DNA from: Lama guanicoe
Lineage: Eukaryota
NCBI GenBank assembly: GCA_013239625.1
Contig: MU054187.1
Span: 17,662,711 to 17,726,710, forward strand
Reading direction: 5' to 3'
Length of the DNA stretch: 64,000 bases
Numbering within the stretch: the stretch's first letter is position 1; each line of letters begins with the position of its first letter. Below, in pieces: positions 54,457-64,000 of the stretch. The notes beneath the pieces were generated by a model, which ran no database searches, was not told where the DNA came from, and worked only from the letters and a program-made list of their open reading frames with translations. Position numbers and translations under genes: made by a program.

Positions 54457-55884
54457 CAATGGTTCTCAAAATTTGGTCCTCTAACTCCTGCATGTCCCCA
54501 AAGCCCTTTCAGTCAGTCCCTGAGATACTTTCAGTGGGTTCACAAGTTCAAAATAATTTTCATAATAATATTGATGCCATCTACCTTTTTCACTTGGCTT
54601 ACATTTGCACTAGTGGTACAAAAGTGCGGTGGGGAATATGGCTGACACCTTAGCATGAACCAAGTCAGCAGCCCCAAACTCTACCAGCAACCCTGGTATT
54701 CTTCACCACCACACACTCACAGTTAATATTTTTAAAATGCAAAATTTACCTAAGAAAGTGCTTGAGGAAGCAGTAAAAAAATATTATTGTCAAGTCTCAA
54801 CCCTTGAGTAGAGGTCTTGTAAGTCTGTGTGATAAAATGGTAAGTCACATGGAGCACTTTTGCCATGTACTGAAGTGCATGGTTGTCTCAAATAAAGTAC
54901 TTATGTGACTGCTTAGGTTGAGAACTGAATTAGCTACTTTTCTCATGAATCACCATTTTTATTTGAAAGAACAACTGACAGGCAAACTGTGGTTTTTCAA
55001 ACTGAATATTTGGCAGAGGTTTTCTTGAAAATGAACAAAGTGAGCTTGTCACTTCAAGGGAAGCAAAATCCAAGTGTCTCTGTTGCCAATGATAAATCTG
55101 AGCTTTCAAAGAAAAATTAGAGTTTTGGAAAATTTATTATCTGCCCCATGAACTTGTCGATTTCCTACTTCTTAAAAACTTTTCTGATGAAATAGGCAGT
55201 GTTACTAACAAATGTAATATTGTATAATGAAATATGGTACCATTTGGAAATTTTGCATAACCCAGTGAATCAATATTTTTCCAAATGACTAATGCCTGAT
55301 ATTTTTAAAAATATGCATGGGCAGAAGATCCATTTAAAGAGCAAAGTAGACAATAGATTTTAATAAAACAGTATGGAAAGCATATTGATATGGTTTCAGA
55401 TTCCACATTGCAAAAAAAAAATCCACAACTGTCTGAAAAAGCTATTAAAATTCTCCTCACTTTTCCAACTAAAAAATCTGTTTAAAGCCAGATTTTCTTT
55501 GTATACTTCAACTAAAACAACATATTGAGACAGATTGAATGCAGAAGCAGATATGAGAAACCAGATATCTTTTATTAAGCCAGACAGTTGCAAAATTAAG
55601 CCAGAGAATTTCAAAATATAAAACAATGCCATTCTTGTCACTATTTTTTGTTTGGCTTTGAAAAATACATTTCATTTCACTAAAAATATATTATTCATGG
55701 AAACATGACATGGGCTTATTATTTACACTTTAAGTGAATTAATAAATATTTAATTTTTTTCCAGTTTAATTTCTCATATGGCAAATATTGGCAGATATAA
55801 CCACATAAACAAATCTCATTGGGGTTCTCAATAATTTTTGAGAATGTAATGGTCATCTGAAACCAAAATGTTTCAGAAACAGTA
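54457..55884 (+). mobile_element. Charlie1a-like hAT DNA transposon (internally deleted)
   Basis: TIRs caatggttctcaaa / tttcagaaacagta, 8-bp TSD atgcagat/atgtggac, decayed TEVRWLS-type transposase motif near 54868. Confidence 0.88.
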
Positions 55885-58007
55885 ATGTGGACCAAGCCTT
55901 AAGCACATAGTAAACTACTCAAGGGCTCTTAACAAACTTCACATTATTTCATAAAGTAACAATTGAAAAGTCATGTAATTGCATTTGTAATTATGGGACA
56001 GGAAGAATTTTCCTTCTCTTTTAAAAGGAATCATACCATTTAGATTAGAGAGAAGACTTCAGTGCCTGCTGATGACATTCTCTCCATTCTTTCTTCCAAG
56101 TCTGTGAGTCTCATTTCATGTGTCCCCATTTACAGGAGTAAAATTAGCATGTTATCCAGTCACCATTTGGCTCATGACTCAATGTCACTATAAAAATCAT
56201 TTAACCAGCTTCATAGACCCAACTTCTTTTAGGATACATCTATGTGGAACGCTTCAATTTGCTTAACATAGGGAGACGTAAGTACATACTTTTTCTAGCC
56301 TATTGCAATCTAAATCTATAAATTCTACTAGGGTACAGTCTTCTAATTTATTCTTTCAATATATGTATATGATATTTAAAAAGATAAAGGGTATAAACAA
56401 AGAAAAGACCAACATGAATTATGAATTTCAGTTTAGAAATCTATTACACAAAGAATTTTTAGAATACCAATATACTGCTTCCGTTGTTAAAGAGGAAGAA
56501 AGTGAGACTTTTTTAGGAAGGGAGAAAAGAAAGAACAAGCTTATTTCTTAGTCATGAATTTTCATTGGACTTTTACATATCAGTATTTAGAGAGCTATGC
56601 TTTAAAATTTCATCTAGTTTTAAATAGTAAAATACTTAAATAATAAAATGATCTTTCTCCTCTATAATCAGACTTTGGATATTAGTGTAATTGGCTCTTT
56701 CGTATAACTGGATACACAAAAGTATAATATCACATTATGGTATTTATATCCAATATGACCATTTTGTCATAGCTATAAAATTCTAATTATAGCAACATAA
56801 CCAGAAAACTCTTGTGAAGAATCAAAGCCCACTTTTGGTAAGTTTTCTAAGTTTTATTCTGATTAGTTTATTTATATAAGCCCAGAAAGTGTGCTAATTT
56901 CTACTCTAATTAAACCTCTACCAGCTGCTGACATTTATTAGACTTTTTTGGACTTTTGTCATTTTTTGGCAAATACTTGTCAGACATAATCATTTGGCAA
57001 CAGTTTTCCCAGAACTTCTAAGCAAACTACAAGTCATTATACAGTGATATATTGGTGTAAAACATGTCCACTCTGTGGTTGTCATATCATTGAATTGAAG
57101 AGCTGTGTCTAAGTGTTTAGCTGAATGAAAAAAATAACATACCTGCCATGCATGTAAAAATTACTATTTGGGGGCACCTAATGGAAATTCACTTACGAAC
57201 TATAATCATGGAGAGAGTGAAAATGATACAGAGTTCATAGCATCTATGTATTTTGTTAAAAATGTAATTATATTCTTCCTTCATCTAAGTATTTACATAT
57301 GTGCTATTTATCAGCTATTGTTCTTTTCACAGAAAAATAAGTCTATTGTCTGGGGAAAGCAAATGTAATAAAAATGAAGTACTACTTTATAGTACTATTA
57401 TTATAATACTAATTATAATGACTACCATAACTGAGGGCCTAGTACTTAGTTGCTATGTCATGTTAGAGGTTTAAAATTGGATGCACAGCAATCTAGCGAA
57501 TTTTATTTCATAAAAGCTTAAGGAGAAAAGGAGTTTCCAGGAATAATCCCATCTCACAATTGTCATTATTGTCTTTCACTCAATTCAGTTGAAAGCTATT
57601 CATACACATTTTAAAGGTGAACACACCACACGAATACATCTTTCACAACCCTGTTTCTTCTTCCACATGCTCATTACTTAGGCATACAGTAAGTGAAATT
57701 CAAAGTAAGTTGTTGGCTCCCCTCTTACAAGTAGAATTACCACTGTCATCAGGAATGAACATTCCCAGATATACAAATTATAACACAGCACATCTTTTAA
57801 TTCATATCTTCTCATGGAAAATGTCACCGTTTTTTCTGTCTCACTCTGATATTTTAAATCTCCTTAAAACTATTATCCACAAAGTGAACTAGATATAAAC
57901 CCCCACATACACATGTATTATTGTGACAGTTTACCTTTTAAAAAATCATAATGGCAAAAAAACAAGGACTTCATTACAAAATGCAATGTTCTTTATGCAA
58001 AACCCAC

Positions 58008-58175
58008 AAACCTGGGTTTAAGTCATAGTTTTGTGTGTTATTTAGTAGTCATTTAACGTCTCTGAGACTTATCTTCTTCAACTGAAAATGAAGATATTTT
58101 TGCCTACTTCATAGCATTGTTATCAGATGAGAAATAATAGCAATTGTGCTGTTTTAAAGCCTATATTTTAAAAAG
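58008..58175 (+). mobile_element. MIR remnant (source of local duplication)
   Basis: acctgggtttaag...agtcatttaacgtctctgagactt...aactgaaaatgaagata. Confidence 0.7.
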
Positions 58176-58739
58176 CCATAAAGAGACTAAGAGTAAAAGG
58201 CAATACTGATAACTGTGAAATAAACTTTTTTTTTCTGCAATCCACCTCCCCTTTTTATCAGATATATTTGCTAGATATAAGAAGGTCAGTGACTGATTCT
58301 AAATTCCTACAAAATGTGACCTTATTTCAGATAGTGACCCTAGAAAAAGAACTCTGTAAAGATACCCAATTCTAAATCTTTAAGGTAACATGGAAACTAA
58401 ATATTGTTGGTTAATGGTGATGGTGGTGGTGTAGGTAATGAAAATATTGTTCTAACTAGCAGCAGTTGATTATTCCAAGGTCAAAAACTTTATCCACACT
58501 CGTACCTTACTTGCAGACAGACAACCTGGTAAAACAGAAAAAGTGGACTGGGACTTTGTGGACCTTCATTCCAAACAATTAACTAGCTATGTGAAAACAG
58601 GCAGATCACTTGAACTGTCTAGTCCTCAGATTCTTCATCTGTAAAAACTTCCAGGTTTTTAGGATTTGGTAATATAGTATAACCAGGGAATAGGGAAGTT
58701 CTCTGTGACTACCAGTGAAAGGTGATTAATATATTTCTT

Positions 58740-60900
58740 CCTCATTGTTCAGTTCTATTCAGCAGACTTTTATTTAGCACTGATTATGTGCAAAAGGCTC
58801 CACTGGGAATTGTATGTAGTTAAAATATTAATAAAATGCAGTTCCTGTCTTGGCAGAACTTGTGATCTGAGTAGAAGGAAAGGCAACTATAATGCTAGTT
58901 AGAATTTTAGCGACCTGTATACAGGTCCGTAAGAATGCTAGCTGAAGAGATGGGGCAAGAAGACAAAGAGAATATGGCATTTGGCTGAATTTTGACAGCT
59001 AAATCCATTTCAACAAGCAAATTTGTCAGGGGAAGGCATTCCAGGTGGAATAGCAGACTTGAACAAATGCACTATCAGAAAAGCTCTAGGAAAATATCGT
59101 GCATTTTTCTGCAACATATACCAAGTATGAGAGTGAGTGGTTAAAGTTAAAGCAGCAAAAGTGAGTTCCTTCCAGATTGTGGAAAAACTCAGCAATAATC
59201 CTGGTAAGGCTTTTTCCCATGTTTTACAGAGAATAAGTATGAGTGACGTCAAATAAAAAACCAACATGACCTGGCAAATGATTAGACATGGATATCAAGT
59301 GAGAGAAATAATTAAAAATATGCTCCAACATGTCATATTAATGAGGCCAGTTTTCTCTACTTGTATGTTTTGTTGTTTTCTTATTTTGTTTTACTGAATT
59401 TGAAATGCTTGTGCAAAACCAAGTAAAACCTGTTCAGCAGCCAATTGCTCTTGTGTGTTATTTAGTAGTCATTTAACATCTCTGAGACTTATCTTCTTCA
59501 ACTGAAAATGAAGATATTTTTGCCTACTTCATAGCATTGTTATCAGATGAGAAATAATAGCAATTGTGCTGTTTTAAAGCCTATATTTTAAAAAGAGAGA
59601 GAACAGTCTAAATAAGGGATGAGAACAGTCTAAATAAGAGATGGATACTTTTGTATTATCCATAGTGAGCAATTAGAAGCATTGGGATTAGATGTGTTAG
59701 TCAAGTCAGGAAGCAAAGAAGGTCAATGACTAATTCTAAATTCCTACAAAATGTGTATTTCAGAAGGTGACCCTAGCAAGAGAAATTTGTGAAGAATACA
59801 AAGCTCAGATAGGATAGAGCCAGGATAGTAAAAAGTATCATGAAAGCTAAGAAAGTGACAGCTGTTTTTTTTTTTAAATCAGCATTTACCCACCATGTGT
59901 CAAACATTGTGTTATGCTCTTGAGATACATAATCCAATTAAATTCTCATAACCATCTTGAGAACTAAGTATATTTATCACAATTTGTAGATGAAGAATTG
60001 AGTACAGAGGAATTAGACAGAGCATAACAAGTAAATGGGAAGTCTAAATTCAAATACAGGTAGGTCTGATCTCTATAATTATTCCCCTCTATAACTTGGG
60101 AGAGTTTCAAGGAGACTATAGCTAGCAGTGTCATGTATTATAGAGAGTTCAAAGAGGATGGACACTCACAAGAACCTTTAACAATGAGCAGTTACTTAAT
60201 GTTAATAGACATCATTTCAGTGATCTATAAGAAAATAGTCTCTGTAAAACATACTATATAAAAGTCAATGGAATTCAAAACTTCTAAAGGTTTGTTCAAG
60301 GAAAGTGAGAAAATAAAAGTAGTTGAACCCTTCTGAGATGTTTAATGAAGGAAAGAGATGGTAGTGCAAAGATATATGAAAGTTGAGGAAAGGGTATTTG
60401 ATTGAATGGTTGGTTCATTTTTTGTTTAGTAAGGGAACACCTGAACATGCTTATAAACTTAAGGGACAAACTCAGAGGAGAAAGAAGACTCAAATTATTA
60501 AAGAAAAAAAAAAGATGGAGCAGGGTCCTACAGGAGATGACAAGAAATAGAAGGAATAGCATGGCTTAAAAAGAAAGCAGCTAGATTATCTAGAAATGAA
60601 AGAATAGTGATTTATTATTTGAGAAAGGACGAAATTTTAGAGAACTTGCAGCAGATGTCCTATATCTTCTCCAAGAAGGAAGATGCAAAGTATCTCTTAA
60701 GGCAGGTGGTGTCTAGTTGTAGGGAATAGAAAGGGTTTGGAACCCTCCCCACAGAGAGAAGCATAAGGAAGAGTCAGCTAGAGGTGAACAAAAGAATTTC
60801 TGTACAACTCAGAGTGTATCCTAATAATAGAGTAAAAAATGTTTAGTTGAGCCAATTGGCACAATTTTGTGACTTTTTCTGGTAACACTCAGCCACCCAG
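58740..60900 (-). mobile_element. L2 long fragment with nested MIR (about 59870-60100)
   Basis: ctattcagcagacttttatttagcactgattatgtgc (L2 tail, minus); ttgtagatgaagaattgag (MIR). Confidence 0.65.
59451..59595 (+). repeat. 145-bp direct copy of 58031-58175
   Basis: 144/145 identical; the only difference is G58058 versus A59478. Confidence 0.97.
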
Positions 60901-61199
60901 TAATGAGATCAGAGAAAGTGCACTGTGCTGTTTTTCCAGGTGAGGCTTAGGCAGGTCAAGGTGACAGTGGAGCAAAGGGACTTCTGGATACTAAGAAGCC
61001 ACATGAAATGGTGGGCAATTGATCTCGACTGGACCTAGAAGAAACAGAAATTAAAAGGGTTAAAGGAATTAAAGATATGACCAGTGGGAAGGACAGATTC
61101 ATTTCGAGTAAGAGGAAGAGAAAAAGAATAGGTGGTTACAGTCACAGAAGAGAATTTCAAAATTCAAGATTCTAGAAATGAGATTGTTTTGAGTGATCA

Positions 61200-61350
61200 T
61201 TGTTTTTTTACACTTTCACTTAAAGTGCCATTAATGATTATGTCATCCAGCTGTCCCACTTTACTTATTAGAAAATGGAAGACCAGGAGTTCAAGTAATT
61301 TTTTCTGGCTGTTATTCCATGACCCAATGGCAGAGCTGGGACTAAACCTA
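61200..61350 (-). mobile_element. MIR remnant
   Basis: aatggcagagctgggactaaacctagg. Confidence 0.55.
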
Positions 61351-62488
61351 GGATTTTCTGAGGAGTATTTTGAAATTTTAAATAACATGATAGCAACCAT
61401 TAAATCATATACCCATAAAAAAGAATGGTAGATATAGTCAAGTGAATGCAAACCAATGTTATTCATAATATAGTCACAGTAAAGCATGTAGCATTCATAT
61501 ACCTCCTATTTTAAAACTGGTACTATGCTATTCCTCCCTCTTTCCTGTTTTTGCTTCCTCTGAAAGAAGAGAGAAGATAAAAGTTTTCCACAGATTAAAT
61601 TAACTCCTCTCTTTTCAGTATTCATTGGGAGAAGAATTAAGCCTTAAGGAATGTGCTGCTGACTGCCATCCTAAAGTGCACTGTAAATGGCATCAAGTTA
61701 TTTCAGAGTGCCAGAGTGCACATCCATAGTGATGTTTGGGGTCCACCATTTTAGCTGCTTCTTTTATTTCTTATATTTTGAAAAGACTCCTTTCTCTTGA
61801 TAATTGGTATGGGTTTTTAATCTTAAACTATAGTAAAATGTAATTGTAATGCTTAGGAATAGGAGGAAAGTTATGTTATTTTAAAGTTGTGTTTAAACAA
61901 ATTAACCCAACAGAAATTCATTATTTCACATCTTATTCATCCCTCTTTTGACATTCAGGGATGGCTATACATTTTTAATGTAGAAAAAGAAATTAAAGAT
62001 TTACATTTGGTGGTCTTTTGTTACTACATGTACCTCATATTTTATATCAAAAACATTTTCTTCAAGTCTTTAAGTGTGTGTGTTACCAAGTTTGTTTGGG
62101 AAAACTAACTTTCATGGAGTCCTTTGTAAATCTGAAGATTTTATTTCAAAGATTCTGTCAAGAATATTCTTCTTCTCAAGCAATGACTTGCCAAAGGGGC
62201 AACAAGGGAGCTGTCCTCCTGGACCGGGAGCAGTATTTGATTACTGACATTGTTTAGAATTGCTGGCATGGTGATAATAAAGCATAAACTGGATTTTGGT
62301 CAGTTTCATTACTGTTTTTAGACTCTGCAAACAATGCACTTGGGTACTGCTTACCTCTAGGATGGACCACTTCCACTTCACCCCTCATTACCTTGGTGAT
62401 CTCAAGTTCAAGAACTGATTTCAAGTTCTCCTCTCCAGAGAAGACGGATTACAATGTTATTAGAGAATGAGAACTTTATGATCTAAAT

Positions 62489-62689
62489 CAGGTCTCCACA
62501 AACTATGGCATGCAGGCCAAATCTGGCCCTATACCTATTTTTATAAATACAGTTTATTACATTTGTTTAATATATTGACTCCTTTTGTGCTAAAGCACAG
62601 AGATGAATAGTTGGCTAAAGACTACATAGTCCTCAAAGCGTAAAATACTTACTATCAGGCCATTTACAGAAAATATTCCCTGATGCTTG
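62489..62689. mobile_element. MER58A-like hAT MITE
   Basis: caggtctccacaaactatggcatgcaggccaaatctggcc...aaaatacttactatcaggccatttacagaaaa. Confidence 0.85.
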
Positions 62690-62938
62690 ATTAAGAATCA
62701 AAGCATTACTTGCTTTGTGGACAATTATTTCACATTCATACTGCAGGCTAGTCATATAACAACAACAACCCCCCCCACATTTTTATAAAATGTTTCTCAC
62801 TGCCTCTTTGATCAGGTCTTTACTCAAAATTAGCTGTCCAAAATGATTTGATCTTTATGGAATAATCTTTGTTAAATGTTTACCATTGACTGACATTATA
62901 TTTACCTATTAATTTTTCTCTGTTTTGTAGCTCCTGCT

Positions 62939-62965
62939 ATGTGGATATTTGTTAGCAATGACTGA
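62939..62965 (+). promoter_or_regulatory. Out-of-frame uORF (MWIFVSND*) overlapping the PKIA start codon
   Basis: ATG TGG ATA TTT GTT AGC AAT GAC TGA. Starts 19 nt before the main ATG, inside the exon. Translation is not shown. Confidence 0.7.
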
Positions 62966-63108
62966 TGTGGAAACTACATATGCAGATTTTATTGCTTCAG
63001 GAAGAACAGGTAGAAGAAATGCAATACATGATATCCTGGTTTCCTCTGCAAGTGGCAACAGCAATGAATTAGCCTTGAAATTAGCAGGTCTTGATATCAA
63101 CAAGACAG
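62958..63108 (+). CDS. PKIA: cAMP-dependent protein kinase inhibitor alpha, first coding exon (codons 1-50 plus 1 nt; remainder outside window)
   Basis: Translates to [50 protein letters not shown], with the PKA pseudosubstrate GRTGRRNAI and the leucine-rich [13 protein letters not shown]. Ends at the donor ACAG|GTGAGT (phase 1). Confidence 0.99.
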
Positions 63109-64000
63109 GTGAGTCGTTTGACACCCATCTCTCTATGCACATGGAATGACCTACAGCATTTCACTAGTTAGGATTAAGGGATGAAAAAACACCTTTGAAA
63201 GTAACCTAATAGAAAAAGTTATAAACAATCAAAAGCAAGATGAAAGTCATGGACTAATCTCTTAATCACTCCCTCTGTTTTCAGTGACTTCTCTTTACAG
63301 GGTTTCCCACACAAATGCAGAGTCCTTAATCTGATTTCTCTAATGTAATCAATACAACACATTTTTTTTATCCTAATCTCTATAAAAGCTCTGAAATTTC
63401 TTATGTAGAATATTTAACAAAGTTGGAGCTCCGACCTTTGACAATATTGGCCACCTGTAACATTTAATAGCATTAGATGTTTAACAAGATTCACAGATGA
63501 GTCTGATGAGTCTCAATTCTAAGAACTACTTCAGCAGAAAAGGGTTTCCAGGACCAATTTTATTGAAAATGGGGGGAGTACAGTAGTCCATTACCTGAGT
63601 AAGCCTTAGGTAAAGAGTTCTTTTAGTTTTCCTTTCATGATAGACTGTTTGAAAAATTAGTCTTATTATTGGGCTTTGAACTCTTACCCACCAAGTCTAA
63701 CTTTACCAATGAAAAAGTGAAACAGGTTTGACATGTCAAAGTACTTCTGAGTATTTGAATGAATCCCATGGTAATTCTTCCATAGCTTTTGCAAGTATCA
63801 AAGCTGAATGTATTTCCCTGAGAAAAACTTGTGCAAAAATAATCTTTAAAAGTGAAAAAAAATGTAGTTCACGATTAAGAAACCACACATGAAAATCACT
63901 TAGTTTCTGACTCATGGAAACCACTCAATACTTCTTTGCTATTAGAATTTTTATGGCAAAGCCTTCCAGTTATTGGAAAGTTGAGTCAGAGTTTATATGT

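Larger units (their letters stand above)
62931..63108 (+). other. PKIA: PKIA exon (27 nt 5'UTR + 151 nt CDS)
   Basis: Acceptor tttttctctgttttgtag| ending at 62930, branch-like CTGAC at 62890-62894, donor GTGAGT at 63109. Confidence 0.95.

Noticed and set aside
1..62900. Remaining 60-140 aa ORFs, CpG-island promoter, CRISPR or prokaryotic systems
   Set aside because: The ORFs are random or repeat-derived, I saw no CpG island, and the DNA is mammalian intron with no spacer arrays.
62949..62957. N-terminal extension MLA in the ORF track
   Set aside because: Starts at TTG; the known protein begins MTDVE at 62958.
62909..63142. 77-aa antisense ORF over the PKIA exon
   Set aside because: Shadow of the coding exon, crossing both splice sites, with no recognisable protein.

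Overview
AT-rich, CpG-poor mammalian DNA, almost all intronic, from the PKIA locus (cAMP-dependent protein kinase inhibitor alpha, + strand). The only supportable protein-coding sequence is the first coding exon of PKIA (62931-63108, ATG at 62958), which encodes the pseudosubstrate and NES motifs. A probable 128-nt 5'UTR exon lies at 37030-37157. The promoter/first exon and the last exon appear to be outside the window. The rest is largely decayed transposable elements (L1, L2, MIR, MaLR/ERV solo LTRs, hAT elements, one young tRNA-derived SINE suggesting a camelid). Repeat family names are from recognition, not a database search. I see no new gene system. The most interesting observations are a two-uORF arrangement in the predicted PKIA leader, a complex local templated duplication at 58.0-59.8 kb, an L1 tail with a probable micro 3' transduction, a MEF2/E-box and palindrome cluster at about 46 kb, and a full CRE 3.7 kb upstream of the coding exon.
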